Sequence record: SRR20825019_12
Direction: 5' to 3' (one strand)
DNA length: 50,973 nt
Both the position numbers and the translations under genes were made by a program. Shown in pieces: positions 17,541 to 28,581 of this stretch (within the stretch, counting starts at the first letter, position 1; each line of letters starts with the position of its first letter). Under the pieces are notes generated by a model. The model was not told the origin of the DNA. It did no database searches and was given only the letters and a program-made list of their open reading frames with translations.

Positions 17541-18461
17541 TTGAAAAAAAGGAAGATAGAATTGGCCGTAATCTCGGATGTCCATCTGGGAACCTATGGT
17601 TGCCACGCAGAAGAACTCATCACATACCTCAATAGTATTCAGCCCAAGAAGCTGATTTTGAACGGGGATATTATTGATATATGGCAGTTTAGCAAACGAT
17701 ATTTCCCTCCTTCCCATCTTAAGGTCCTGAGAAAGATAATAGGTATGGCCTCAAAAGGTGTAGAAGTTTACTATATTACTGGTAATCATGATGAAATGCT
17801 CCGTAAGTTCAGTAATACTTCAATGGGAAATTTTAAGGTGATGGATAAACTGGTACTTAATCTGGACGGTAAAAAAGCGTGGATATTCCATGGTGATGTG
17901 TTCGACGTTTCCATTCAAAATGCAAAATGGCTGGCAAAGTTGGGCGGCTATGGCTACGACCTTCTTATTTTGATCAACAGCTTCCTAAATTGGTGCCTGG
18001 CCAAAATGGGCCGTGAAAAATATTCCTTGTCCAAAAAAATCAAAAACAGCGTAAAGGGTGCCGTCAAATATATCAACAACTTTGAAAAAACCGCTGCAGA
18101 TCTTGCCATAGAAAATGAGTATGATTATGTGGTATGCGGACATATCCATCAACCCAAAAAAGAAGTGTACGAGAACAAATATGGCAGTTGCACCTATCTC
18201 AATTCCGGGGATTGGGTAGAAAATTTAACCGCCCTGGAATACTCCTTCAAACGATGGAAGATTTACCATTACAACCATGATAGGCTTTCCCCGTTTTTTA
18301 TGGACGAGGATCTAAAGGAAATGGATATGAACGACTTAATCGCTTCCATTACCGACAAGGAAGTGAACATGTATGATGTAACGGAAGAACACTTAAGCGA
18401 AACCGAAGAAGAGAATATCGAGAACGACTTCTTAGACGATAAGGGCCTGTCTCAAGATTGA
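17541..18461 (+). CDS. Calcineurin-like metallophosphoesterase (LpxH/PlcP-like)
   Basis: SDVHLG, GDIIDIW, GNHDE, HGDVFD, CGHIH, NSGDWVE; probable TTG start at 17541; acidic tail. Confidence 0.8.
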   Translation: MKKRKIELAVISDVHLGTYGCHAEELITYLNSIQPKKLILNGDIIDIWQFSKRYFPPSHLKVLRKIIGMASKGVEVYYITGNHDEMLRKFSNTSMGNFKVMDKLVLNLDGKKAWIFHGDVFDVSIQNAKWLAKLGGYGYDLLILINSFLNWCLAKMGREKYSLSKKIKNSVKGAVKYINNFEKTAADLAIENEYDYVVCGHIHQPKKEVYENKYGSCTYLNSGDWVENLTALEYSFKRWKIYHYNHDRLSPFFMDEDLKEMDMNDLIASITDKEVNMYDVTEEHLSETEEENIENDFLDDKGLSQD

Positions 18462-21347
18462 AACCGGGTGTTGCGCCTCCCTTTTCGTCCCATCTTTTAT
18501 TTGATGCCTACAACTGGTTCCGTTTGCCGCAATCAACGTATCCTCTGAACTCTTCTTCACTGCAGGGAACAGTTTTAACCCACCCACCTGCATACTAACC
18601 TCATAGTGTTCCTTCTCGTACCCGAACGAACCTGCCATACCACAACAACCGGAGGGTATAATGGTTACCGTATAGTTCTTGGGCAGATTTAAGATGTCAA
18701 AAGTTACTTTTTGATTGCTCAATGCCTTTTGATGACAATGCCCGTGTATTTTAATGGTCTTTTTCTCTTCGGTAAAACTACTAGCGGAGATATGGCCTTT
18801 AATTATCTCGCCAGCTAAAAACTCCTCGATCAAAAATGATTGTAAGGACAACTTTTGCAACTGTGCCTTATCATCGTGAAGACGCTGGTACTCATCCCTG
18901 AAAGATAAAATGGCCGATGGCTCCAATCCAACAATAGGGGTTCCTGAACTTAAAATATCCTTTAGGTTCTCCATGTTCTTGGCCACCAATTTCTTGGCCT
19001 GTTTCAGAAAACCTTTGGATAGATAGGTCCTGCCACTTTCCCCATAGAACAGTTCTACTTCATACCCCAATCGGCATAACAATTCAATGGCATCCTTACC
19101 CACCTGAATGTCCAAATACCTGACGAATTCATCAATATAAAGAACAACAGGTCGTTTGGAAACTCCCTTTTGCTTCGCAAGGTTATCTTTAAGATGCTCT
19201 TCAAAATTGAAACGTCCCACCTTCGGCAAACTACGCTCAGGGGCCACTCCGACCGCTTTTTTTAACATACCTCCCACGGTTTTGGACTCGTACATCCAAT
19301 TGGTGATACCGGCCACTTTGCTACCCATAGCATTGAGCTGTGTATTATGAGCAAACAATTTACTTCGCAAGCTGTATCCGTTCGCCTCCTGATAATTATA
19401 TAGGAATTCAGCTTTTAAAGCGGATACGTCCACATTACTGGGACATTCACTGGCACAGGCCTTGCAGCTCAAACACAGGTCGAATGCCGATTTTAGTTCT
19501 TGGTGGTCAAATCGATTGGTTTTATCGGAATTGGTCAAGAATTCGCGCAAGGCATTGGCTCGGGCACGAGTTGTGTCTTTTTCATCTTTAGTGGCTTGGT
19601 AGCTCGGGCACATGCCTCCGTTCATGTGGTGGCTTTTTCTACAGTCCCCACTACCGTTACATTTTTCAGCAGCTTTTAATATGCCTTCGCTGTCCGAAAA
19701 ATCCATAACGGTTTCAACATCCGGCTCCTTTCTATCGATTTCATAGCGAAGCGACTCATCCATGGGATAGGCTTCCACTATTTTTCCTGGATTTAGAATC
19801 AAGTTGGGGTCAAAAAAGGCTTTTACCCTTTTCAGCAGCTCATAATTCGCCTCTCCGATCATTAATGGGATAAATTCTGCACGAACGATACCATCTCCAT
19901 GTTCCCCGCTAAAGCTGCCGTTGTACTTCTTCGTCAACTTGGCCACATCGGTGGTAATGCTTCGAAAAAGCACTACATCTTCCGATTTCTTAAGATTCAA
20001 TATGGGCCTTAAATGAAGCTCACCTGCACCGGCGTGGGCGTAGTAAACTGCATCTTGGTTATATCCTTTCATAATTTGGGAGAACTCCGCAATAAAGTCC
20101 TTTAAATCTTCCAGGGCTACAGCGGTATCTTCGATACAGGCCACTGCCTTTTTATCGCCGACCATGTTGCCTAAAAGACCAAGGCCGGCTTTTCTCAATT
20201 CAATAGCTTTGTTGATGTCCTCACCATACAAAATTGGATTGGCATAGCTTAACCCTGATACTTCAATGGTCTTGAGGAGTGATTCAAGTTGTCTTTCCAG
20301 GTTTTTTTTGGAATTTGCTTTCACCTCCAACATCAAAATTCCGGCAGGATCTCCCTCTACAAAAAAACGGTTGGCCAGCTGGGCACGGTTATTTTTGGTG
20401 CAATCCAAAATCACCTTATCCATCATCTCGCACAAATGCAGGCTATGCTGCATTACTGGAGCAACATCGGTCAAGCAATCTTCCAAAGTTTTGTAGTGCG
20501 TGGCAACCATTGCCGCGAAGGGTGGCGGTAAATCATCCAACTGTAGCGTTATTTCCGTAGTAAAAGCCAATGTGCCCTCACTACCGGACAACAGCTTGCA
20601 CAAGTTAAAATCCGCTTCATTTTCTCCAAAAATGGAGTTGTTGAGCAGCTCATCCACCGCATAGCCCGTGTTTCGCCTGTGAATACTTGGCTTTGGAAAT
20701 TCTTCATGAATCTTATTCTGTGTTTCCGGGTCCGAAAGCTCTTCGTACAGTTTCCTATAAATGGTAGCTTCCAAGGAACTGCCTTCTTTTTTCTTTTCAA
20801 ACTCCTCTTTGGAAATATCGGAGAAGAATGCATCACTGCCATCGGACAGCACACATTGCATGGACAATACTTTATCCCGGGTCACACCATATTGTATGGA
20901 TGTGGTTCCCGATGAATTGTTCCCGACCATACCCCCTATCATGCATCTATTGGAGGTAGAGGTATTGGGTCCAAAAAAGAGACCGAATGGTTTTAAATAC
21001 TGATTGAGCTCATCGCGGACCACCCCAGGCTGAACGGTAACCTGTTTTTTATCCTTGTCCAAACTGATGATCTTGGTAAAATGTCGGCTAACATCCACCA
21101 CAATACCTTCGCCCACACATTGTCCGGCCAAAGAAGTTCCCGCAGTACGAGGTATAAGACCTACCTTATTTTTGGTTGCGAAAGCAAGCAAAGTTTTAAG
21201 GTCATCAGTGTTTTTTGGATATGCAACGGCTGTTGGCAACTTACGATATACCGAAGCATCCGTAGCGTAGATTGCCTTACTCAAATCATCGAACAACAAC
21301 TCACCTTTCAGATGTTCAGAAAGGTCTTTTAACAAATTTTTATTCAA
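18432..21347 (-). CDS. FAD-binding and Fe-S-binding oxidoreductase (GlcD/D-lactate dehydrogenase-like fusion)
   Basis: AGTSLAGQ, GSEGTL, SGEHGDG, CLSCKACASECP, HGHCHQ and CCGMAGSFG motifs. Confidence 0.9.
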   Translation of the reverse strand: MNKNLLKDLSEHLKGELLFDDLSKAIYATDASVYRKLPTAVAYPKNTDDLKTLLAFATKNKVGLIPRTAGTSLAGQCVGEGIVVDVSRHFTKIISLDKDKKQVTVQPGVVRDELNQYLKPFGLFFGPNTSTSNRCMIGGMVGNNSSGTTSIQYGVTRDKVLSMQCVLSDGSDAFFSDISKEEFEKKKEGSSLEATIYRKLYEELSDPETQNKIHEEFPKPSIHRRNTGYAVDELLNNSIFGENEADFNLCKLLSGSEGTLAFTTEITLQLDDLPPPFAAMVATHYKTLEDCLTDVAPVMQHSLHLCEMMDKVILDCTKNNRAQLANRFFVEGDPAGILMLEVKANSKKNLERQLESLLKTIEVSGLSYANPILYGEDINKAIELRKAGLGLLGNMVGDKKAVACIEDTAVALEDLKDFIAEFSQIMKGYNQDAVYYAHAGAGELHLRPILNLKKSEDVVLFRSITTDVAKLTKKYNGSFSGEHGDGIVRAEFIPLMIGEANYELLKRVKAFFDPNLILNPGKIVEAYPMDESLRYEIDRKEPDVETVMDFSDSEGILKAAEKCNGSGDCRKSHHMNGGMCPSYQATKDEKDTTRARANALREFLTNSDKTNRFDHQELKSAFDLCLSCKACASECPSNVDVSALKAEFLYNYQEANGYSLRSKLFAHNTQLNAMGSKVAGITNWMYESKTVGGMLKKAVGVAPERSLPKVGRFNFEEHLKDNLAKQKGVSKRPVVLYIDEFVRYLDIQVGKDAIELLCRLGYEVELFYGESGRTYLSKGFLKQAKKLVAKNMENLKDILSSGTPIVGLEPSAILSFRDEYQRLHDDKAQLQKLSLQSFLIEEFLAGEIIKGHISASSFTEEKKTIKIHGHCHQKALSNQKVTFDILNLPKNYTVTIIPSGCCGMAGSFGYEKEHYEVSMQVGGLKLFPAVKKSSEDTLIAANGTSCRHQIKDGTKREAQHPVSILRQALIV

Positions 21348-21436
21348 TTTGGAATACTTTTTGGGAACTAAAACGGTTTTTCAAACGTAAATCTAACACA
21401 AAACTATCTCTAATTTTTAACTTAAAAGAGAAACTC

Positions 21437-21928
21437 ATGAAGATTACCACATTATTTGCCGCTGTTATGTTATTTACAACAGCTAGCGTAAGCGCTCAAA
21501 GTATTTCCGAACATGCCTTGGGGCTACGATTGGGAGACAGCGATGGCTTTGGGGCCGAAATTTCGTACCAAAATGCCCTTGGAGCCAATAACAGGTTAGA
21601 AGTTGACCTTGGCTGGAGGGACAGCCGCCATTTTGATGCTTTTAAACTTGCCGGACTTTACCAATGGGTATTTCCTTTAGACGGCAATTTTAACTGGTAC
21701 GTTGGTGCCGGTGGTGGATTGGGAAGCGTTGACTTTGAAGATCCCATTTTTGACGACGATGAAGGACTATTCATTTTCGGGGCCGGTGATATTGGTATTG
21801 AATACAATTTCAATATCCCTTTACTGTTATCATTGGACTTTAGACCGGAAGTCGGGCTTGTAGGCTATGATGGCTTCGATAATGATTTTGATTTTGACAT
21901 TGCGCTAGGTATTAGATACCAATTCTAG
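21437..21928 (+). CDS. Small outer membrane beta-barrel protein
   Basis: Signal peptide, alternating beta strands, C-terminal GIRYQF. Confidence 0.8.
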   Translation: MKITTLFAAVMLFTTASVSAQSISEHALGLRLGDSDGFGAEISYQNALGANNRLEVDLGWRDSRHFDAFKLAGLYQWVFPLDGNFNWYVGAGGGLGSVDFEDPIFDDDEGLFIFGAGDIGIEYNFNIPLLLSLDFRPEVGLVGYDGFDNDFDFDIALGIRYQF

Positions 21929-21944
21929 TAGAGCACATATATGT

Positions 21945-21980
21945 AAAAACCCTTGGCCAATAAAAGTCAAGGGTTTTTTT
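21945..21980 (+). terminator. Intrinsic terminator
   Basis: AAAAACCCTTGGC...GTCAAGGGTTTTTTT. Confidence 0.8.
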
Positions 21981-22023
21981 ATGCCATAAACATTGAATAC
22001 CTTAGCAACTTAAACATTCTGAA

Positions 22024-23145
22024 ATGAAAAGACTTTTAGCAATAACCTTGGGAGTTTTGTTTTTATCATCATGTAATTCAGACCCTAAAGGATACACATT
22101 GAGCGGAACCATTACCGGAGAGCCCGAAAATGGAACAAAAATATTTTTGAAGACCACAGATTCCATCAATCAATTGATTGATATTGATACTACTACGGTA
22201 GAGAATGGACTGTTTAGTTTCAGCGGAAATCAGTCCGGTCCTAAAATGCACTACCTATTTGTGGATAAAGTTCGAGGAAACGTACCTGTAATTCTGGAAA
22301 ACGGTACCATAGAAGTAGAGTTTCCGAAAGATAGCATTGAGTATGCTAAACTAAAGGGTACAGAACAAAATGAATTGTTCATGGACTTTTTAGAAGAATC
22401 ACGAAAACTGTCCGAACGTGCAAGATCTATGCAAAACGATATGCGAGTGGCAGCCCAGCAACAAGATACGGCCACGGTGACTGCATTGCGTGAGGAGTTT
22501 ATCGAGTTCCAAGAAGATGCGAAAAACTTTAATATCGATTTTGCGAAAAATAATCCAAATGCTTTTGTTTCCGTATTGGTTATTGGCAACCTTTTAGCCA
22601 CAAAAGCAGTACCTGTTGATGAAATCAAATCAATGTTTGAGGGTCTTAGCCCTGAAATGAAGCAAACAGAGCCAGCGAAGAAAATTGCGGAACAGCTTGA
22701 AAATTTAAAGTCGACCGAAATCGGTGCAGTTGCCCCAGATTTCTCGGCCCCTACCCCATCTGGCGATGTTTTGGCGCTCAGTGATGTGACCAGTAAGGCT
22801 AAACTTACCTTGGTGGATTTTTGGGCCGGTTGGTGCAGACCTTGTCGTGCTGAAAATCCGAACATTGTATCGGTTTACAAAAAATACCACGATAAAGGTT
22901 TTGATGTATTGGGCGTTTCTTTGGACAACAAAGAAGACCTTTGGAAAAATGCCATTGCTTCAGATGGGTTGGAGTGGAACCATATTTCCAATCTACAACG
23001 TTTCCAAGACCCGATTGCTCGCCTGTACAATATCAACGCTATACCTGCAGCATTCTTATTGGATGAGAACGGTGTTATCGTAGCTCGGGATTTAAGAGGA
23101 CCTGCTCTGGAAGAAAAAGTAGCCGAAATACTTGGAAAGAGCTAA
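22024..23145 (+). CDS. TlpA/AhpC-TSA thioredoxin-like lipoprotein with DUF4369-type N-terminus
   Basis: Lipobox LSSC; DFWAGWCRPCRAENP. Confidence 0.9.
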   Translation: MKRLLAITLGVLFLSSCNSDPKGYTLSGTITGEPENGTKIFLKTTDSINQLIDIDTTTVENGLFSFSGNQSGPKMHYLFVDKVRGNVPVILENGTIEVEFPKDSIEYAKLKGTEQNELFMDFLEESRKLSERARSMQNDMRVAAQQQDTATVTALREEFIEFQEDAKNFNIDFAKNNPNAFVSVLVIGNLLATKAVPVDEIKSMFEGLSPEMKQTEPAKKIAEQLENLKSTEIGAVAPDFSAPTPSGDVLALSDVTSKAKLTLVDFWAGWCRPCRAENPNIVSVYKKYHDKGFDVLGVSLDNKEDLWKNAIASDGLEWNHISNLQRFQDPIARLYNINAIPAAFLLDENGVIVARDLRGPALEEKVAEILGKS

Positions 23146-23166
23146 ACAGTAAAATATATTTTAATG

Positions 23167-23200
23167 AAAGAAGGTCTTGATGGTTTCAAGGCCTTTTTTT
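23167..23200. terminator. Intrinsic terminator between convergent genes
   Basis: AAGGTCTTGA...TCAAGGCCTT followed by a T run. Confidence 0.75.
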
Positions 23201-23206
23201 ATTACG

Positions 23207-23857
23207 CTATATCTTGCCCATTTTATCCAACACAAAAAGAACGATTATAGGAATGGCGAGCAAAATCACAATCAAAGTATCCGTTACAAACAACCCTGGC
23301 ATAAACAATAGTGTGGTAGCGTACCCGCCAATGGCACCGCCAAAGTGAGCCGTATGACCGATATTGCCCATTCTACTCTTCATGCCCCAAATGGAATACA
23401 ATAAATAGGCTATACCCAATACGTAGGCAGGTAACGGAATCGGGATAAACATAATACCTAATTGCATATCCGGATTCAACAATATCGCGGCATAGAGAAC
23501 GCCCATTACTGCCCCACTGGCGCCCACAGCGCTGTAATATGGCTCATCTTTATGAAAAACAAGGGCCAAGAGACTTCCTGCTATCAAACTCACCAAATAA
23601 ATAATCAAAAATTTTATGGAACCGAACCAACTTATCACCACAGGAGCGAAAAAGTATAGGGTAAACATGTTCAAAAACAAATGCGAAATATCAACATGTA
23701 AAAAACCAGAAGTCAACATTCGTTCCTTTTGCCCCGCTTGTATGGCACTGATACTGAATTTATATCTATCAAAAAATATGTTATTGTTGAATCCGCGAAG
23801 GGAAACCAGAACATTGGCGGCCATAATAGCAATGGTAGCGATATGTAAATTGAGCAT
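23207..23857 (-). CDS. Rhomboid family intramembrane serine protease
   Basis: HLFLNM, GASG and AHFGGA motifs. Confidence 0.92.
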   Translation of the reverse strand: MLNLHIATIAIMAANVLVSLRGFNNNIFFDRYKFSISAIQAGQKERMLTSGFLHVDISHLFLNMFTLYFFAPVVISWFGSIKFLIIYLVSLIAGSLLALVFHKDEPYYSAVGASGAVMGVLYAAILLNPDMQLGIMFIPIPLPAYVLGIAYLLYSIWGMKSRMGNIGHTAHFGGAIGGYATTLLFMPGLFVTDTLIVILLAIPIIVLFVLDKMGKI

Positions 23858-23910
23858 GTAAATAAAGGTTTGGGTTCAAATATAGCTATATTTGCAGACA
23901 AGAATAGTCT

Positions 23911-24828
23911 ATGCAGCTGGTAGTTTATATCCTTGTTTATCCATTGCTCTGGTTGATTTCCAGACTTCCCTTTAAAGTCATTTATTTTATTTCGGATGGT
24001 GTTTATGTGCTTTTGTACCATATCATCGGATACCGTAAAAAAGTAGTACGGAATAACTTGGCCCTCGTTTTTCCCGAAAAAACCAAGGAAGAGCGATTAT
24101 TGATAGAAAAAAAATTCTTCAGGCACATGTGCGACATCTTTTTAGAGATGATGAAGACCATGGGCATGAGCAAAAAAGAAATCCAAGAAAGGTTTACCGT
24201 AACCAACATGGAAATGCTCAATGGACTGGAAAAAAAAGGCATCAATACCATGCTGATGCTCCCCCACTATGCCAGTTGGGAATGGGTGTTGTCCTTAAAC
24301 CTTCAAATTATATCCAAAGGATACGGTATATATCAAAAAGTGGAAAATAAATATTTTGATAAGTTAGTAAGGGACATCCGCGGTAAATACAATACTGAAC
24401 TAATCTCCACAAGGGAGTCCAGAAAAATCCTGGAGGCGGCCAAAGAAAGCAAAGAGTTGTTGATGGTGGGCATTATAAGTGACCAATCGCCCATGGTAAG
24501 CAGGGCCAAATATTGGACCGATTTTATGGGGATAGTGGTTCCGGCCCATGTCGGGGGCGAGGAAATTTGTAAAAACAACGACATAATCCCCGTGTACCTC
24601 AAGGTAAAGAAACTACGGAGGGGCTATTACCAAGGCACCTTTAAAATACTTACCGAAAACCCAACCGAAGTTCCTGACTACGGAATTACGGATGCCTTTT
24701 TGCGGGAAACGGAAAAATCCATCAGGGAAGCTCCCGAATATTATTTTTGGACGCACAAACGCTGGAAACACAAGGATAAAGTTCCAAAAGAGTTTCAACA
24801 AGAACCAGCAGAAGCAAGTAACGCTTAA
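23911..24828 (+). CDS. Lipid A biosynthesis acyltransferase (LpxL/HtrB family)
   Basis: HYASWE, SDQSP and PEYYFWTHKRWK motifs. Confidence 0.88.
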   Translation: MQLVVYILVYPLLWLISRLPFKVIYFISDGVYVLLYHIIGYRKKVVRNNLALVFPEKTKEERLLIEKKFFRHMCDIFLEMMKTMGMSKKEIQERFTVTNMEMLNGLEKKGINTMLMLPHYASWEWVLSLNLQIISKGYGIYQKVENKYFDKLVRDIRGKYNTELISTRESRKILEAAKESKELLMVGIISDQSPMVSRAKYWTDFMGIVVPAHVGGEEICKNNDIIPVYLKVKKLRRGYYQGTFKILTENPTEVPDYGITDAFLRETEKSIREAPEYYFWTHKRWKHKDKVPKEFQQEPAEASNA

Positions 24829-26213
24829 AGTCCCGCTACTTCTTTGATTTCACGTATGATTCTATCCGCCAAATCATCGGCTTTTTTCTGAGATTTAGCC
24901 TCGGTGTATATTCGAATAATGGGCTCTGTATTAGATTTTCTCAGGTGCACCCAGTTTTCAGGGAAATCAATCTTCACTCCATCAATTGTGGACACTTCTT
25001 CATCTTTATATTTGTTGTGCATAGCTTCCAAAAGGGCATCAACATCCAAATCAGGGGTGAGCTCGATTTTCTTTTTGCTCATAAAGTAGCTTGGGTAGCT
25101 GGCACGTAGCTCGGCAACCGTTCCTCCACGCTCCGCCATCAACATTAAGAACAAGGCCGTTCCGACCAATGCATCACGTCCATAATGACTTTCTGGATAA
25201 ATGATTCCACCGTTACCCTCACCGCCGATTATGGCATTGTTTGCCTTCATTTTGGTGACAACATTCACCTCTCCAACCGCTGCAGCTTCATAAGTTCCAC
25301 CGTGTTTTTCGGTAACATCTCGCAATGCTCTTGAAGATGATAGATTGGAGACTGTATTTCCCTTGGTTTTGGACAGGACATAATCGGCACAGGCCACCAA
25401 AGTATATTCTTCACCGAACATTTCACCCTTATTGCTAATGAATGCCAAGCGGTCCACATCGGGGTCGACCACAATACCAAAATCAGCCTTCTCCTCCACA
25501 ACTTTTTTACAGATGTCGCCCAAATGCTCCTTTAAAGGTTCCGGATTGTGTGGAAAATGTCCCGTTGGGTCACAGTAGAGTTTTACGACTTCCACCCCCA
25601 ATTCTTCAAGCAATTTGGGAATGGCAATGCCCCCTGTGGAGTTTACCCCATCAACAACCACTTTAAACCCAGCTTTTTTAATGGTTTCGGCATCCACCAA
25701 GGGCAATTCCAAGACTTCATCAATGTGGATATCGATATAGGAATCATTTGTAATGATCTCACCTAGGTCATCTACTTCGGCAAACTCAAAATCCTCTTTC
25801 TCGGCCAAGGCCAAAATCTTGGCACCTTGCTCCGCATCCAAAAACTCACCTTTTTCATTCAGCAATTTAAGTGCATTCCACTGCTTAGGGTTGTGACTGG
25901 CGGTCAGAATGATACCGCCATCTGCTTTTTCCAAAGGAACCGCTATTTCTACGGTCGGTGTGGTGGACAATCCTAAATCAATCACATCGATTCCAAGACC
26001 AACCAAGGTAGAGACCACCAAGTTTTGGATCATCTCTCCAGATAATCTAGCGTCACGTCCAATCACGACTTTCAAATTATCCGTGCCGGAATATGATTTT
26101 AACCATGTACCATAAGCCGCTGCAAATTTAACCGCATCAACAGGTGTTAAGTTGTCATTAGTTTGGCCTCCAATAGTGCCTCGTATTCCAGAAATTGATT
26201 TGATCAGTGTCAT
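24825..26213 (-). CDS. glmM: Phosphoglucosamine mutase / phosphohexomutase
   Basis: TASHNP, DPDVDR, GEGNGG and RKSNTEP motifs. Confidence 0.88.
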   Translation of the reverse strand: MTLIKSISGIRGTIGGQTNDNLTPVDAVKFAAAYGTWLKSYSGTDNLKVVIGRDARLSGEMIQNLVVSTLVGLGIDVIDLGLSTTPTVEIAVPLEKADGGIILTASHNPKQWNALKLLNEKGEFLDAEQGAKILALAEKEDFEFAEVDDLGEIITNDSYIDIHIDEVLELPLVDAETIKKAGFKVVVDGVNSTGGIAIPKLLEELGVEVVKLYCDPTGHFPHNPEPLKEHLGDICKKVVEEKADFGIVVDPDVDRLAFISNKGEMFGEEYTLVACADYVLSKTKGNTVSNLSSSRALRDVTEKHGGTYEAAAVGEVNVVTKMKANNAIIGGEGNGGIIYPESHYGRDALVGTALFLMLMAERGGTVAELRASYPSYFMSKKKIELTPDLDVDALLEAMHNKYKDEEVSTIDGVKIDFPENWVHLRKSNTEPIIRIYTEAKSQKKADDLADRIIREIKEVAGL

Positions 26214-26304
26214 AATTGTTAAAAAAGTTTTTGCAAATATAACTGGGCTTGGTCGATTCCATGTTTTGAATTTGTAAATTTCGACAGAAAAGGACTTTGC
26301 CCCG

Positions 26305-26898
26305 ATGAACTTCTTAGCTCACATTTATCTATCTTTTGGTGATGAGGAAATCACTTTGGGCAATTTCTTTGCCGACCATATACGCGGTAACAAATACAAG
26401 CATTTGCCCGATAGAATACAAAAAGGCATTCTTCTCCACAGAGAAATTGACACATTTACCGATGCACACCCCACGGCAAGACAAAGCAGCAAACGCCTAC
26501 ACAAAAACTACAGTCATTATAGCCGTGTGATCGTAGATATTTATTACGATCATTTTTTGGCCAAAAATTGGACCGATTATTCAGATGTGCCTTTGGATGA
26601 ATATGTAGAAAACTTCTATGATCTTTTAGAGGATAATTACGATATTCTCCCCATTGCCACCAAACGGATGATGCCCTATATGATGGCCGATAATTGGCTG
26701 CTCAACTACGCCAATCTAGCGGGAATCGACCGTGTTCTCAACGGCATGAACCGAAGAACAAAAAATAGGTCCAGAATGAATTTTGCCATTTTGGACCTCG
26801 AAGAACACTATACAGAATTTGAAAACGAGTTCACATCGTTTTTTGAAGAATTGATGACTTTTTCCAACCAAAAATTTATTTCCCTATGCGAAGACTGA
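26305..26898 (+). CDS. acpH: Acyl carrier protein phosphodiesterase
   Basis: [15 protein letters not shown] and DIYYDHFLA motifs. Confidence 0.88.
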   Translation: MNFLAHIYLSFGDEEITLGNFFADHIRGNKYKHLPDRIQKGILLHREIDTFTDAHPTARQSSKRLHKNYSHYSRVIVDIYYDHFLAKNWTDYSDVPLDEYVENFYDLLEDNYDILPIATKRMMPYMMADNWLLNYANLAGIDRVLNGMNRRTKNRSRMNFAILDLEEHYTEFENEFTSFFEELMTFSNQKFISLCED

Positions 26899-28571
26899 TA
26901 CTCTTACTGCCCTTCCTTATCTTATTGATCAATTGTAAGCAACAGCCTGCAGAACCTACGGGGCTGGTCGCTGAAAAGGCCATGGTCGTCTCTGCCCGAA
27001 AAGAAGCGTCACAACTTGCGGTCGACATTATGAAAAAGGGCGGAAATGCCTTTGATGCCATGGTCGCAACAGAATTGACATTGGTTATTGCCTACCCTTT
27101 TGCAGGAAGTGTTGGCGGCGGCGGATTTATGGTCTATCGAAAAAGCAACGGCGAGGTCGGCGGAATCGATTATCGCGAAAAAGCACCACTTGCCGCCCAT
27201 AAGGACATGTATTTGGACTCATTGGGCAATGTGATCCCAGGTTTAAGCACTTCGGGCGGAACAGCTGTGGGAGTTCCCGGGACTGTTGCCGGGGTATTGG
27301 AAGTACACAAAAAGTTCGGAAAACTACCATTAAAAGAAATCATTGAACCTATTATCGCACTTGCCAATAAAGGAGTCGTAGTTACCAAGAAGCAGGCGGA
27401 CAGATTGAAGGGAACTCGGGAGCGATTTATCGAGGCCAATGGTGACAGCACCAAATTCGCAGGGCCATTTGCCGCGGGTGACACCATAAAATATCCAAAC
27501 TACGCCAAAACGCTCCAAAAAATAATGGAAGAAGGGCGTGATGGTTTCTATAAAGGCGAAGTGGCAGAAAAACTAGCTTCGTTTGTGCAGGAAAAAGGAG
27601 GTCTGATCACCACAGAAGATCTTGAAAAATACGAAGCCGTTTGGAGAGACCCCATTGTTTTTAGTTATAAGGATATTAAGGTGATTTCCATGAGTCCACC
27701 CAGTAGCGGTGGAGTTACCATCAATCAAATATTTAAAATGATGGAGCCCTATAATGTGTCCAAATTTGGACACAATTCCGCAAAAACCATTCAATTGTTC
27801 ACCGAAGCATCCCGAAGAGCCTACGCTGATAGAAACTTCTTCTTGGGAGATCCCGATTTTGTGGAGATACCGTACAATGTACTTTTGAGTGATGATTACC
27901 TGCAAGATAGAATGGGTAATTTCTCATTTGACAAGGCCACCTTGTCATCGGAGGTAAGCCATGGCGAAGTGGAAGTTATCGAAAGCGACCAGACCACGCA
28001 TTTTTCCATAGTGGATGGTGAAGGCAATGCCGTTTCTGTAACATCTACCTTAAATGGCGGTTATGGCTCCAAGTTGTTCTGCGAAGAGTTGGGCATTTTT
28101 TTGAATAATGAAATGGACGATTTTAGTGCCAAACCCGGAGTCCCGAACATGTTTGGGCTTATCGGTGCCGAGGCAAATAGCATTGAACCTGAAAAACGCA
28201 TGTTGAGCAGCATGACGCCTACAATTGTTGAAAAAGACGGTAAACTTTACATGGTCGTAGGAACCCCCGGAGGTTCTACCATTATCACGGCCGTAGCACA
28301 GACCATCTTAAACGTGTATGAGTTCAATTTGAGCATGCAAGAAGCCGTTAATGCCCCTCGTTTCCATCACCAATGGTTGCCCGATATGGTAATTTTTGAA
28401 CCAGAAGGATTCTCCGAAGAGCTGATTGAACAACTAAAAACCAAAGGTTACATCATCAACGAAGAACGTACGCCCATCATCGGAAAAGTAGATGCTATCC
28501 GTGTGCTTCCCAATGGTAAACTTGAAGGAGGAGCGGACAAACGTGGGGATGATACCGCAGTTGGTTATTAA
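26886..28571 (+). CDS. ggt: Gamma-glutamyltransferase
   Basis: [20 protein letters not shown] autocleavage site, [13 protein letters not shown] and GTPGG motifs. Confidence 0.95.
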   Translation: MRRLILLLPFLILLINCKQQPAEPTGLVAEKAMVVSARKEASQLAVDIMKKGGNAFDAMVATELTLVIAYPFAGSVGGGGFMVYRKSNGEVGGIDYREKAPLAAHKDMYLDSLGNVIPGLSTSGGTAVGVPGTVAGVLEVHKKFGKLPLKEIIEPIIALANKGVVVTKKQADRLKGTRERFIEANGDSTKFAGPFAAGDTIKYPNYAKTLQKIMEEGRDGFYKGEVAEKLASFVQEKGGLITTEDLEKYEAVWRDPIVFSYKDIKVISMSPPSSGGVTINQIFKMMEPYNVSKFGHNSAKTIQLFTEASRRAYADRNFFLGDPDFVEIPYNVLLSDDYLQDRMGNFSFDKATLSSEVSHGEVEVIESDQTTHFSIVDGEGNAVSVTSTLNGGYGSKLFCEELGIFLNNEMDDFSAKPGVPNMFGLIGAEANSIEPEKRMLSSMTPTIVEKDGKLYMVVGTPGGSTIITAVAQTILNVYEFNLSMQEAVNAPRFHHQWLPDMVIFEPEGFSEELIEQLKTKGYIINEERTPIIGKVDAIRVLPNGKLEGGADKRGDDTAVGY

Positions 28572-28581
28572 CAATTGCACA

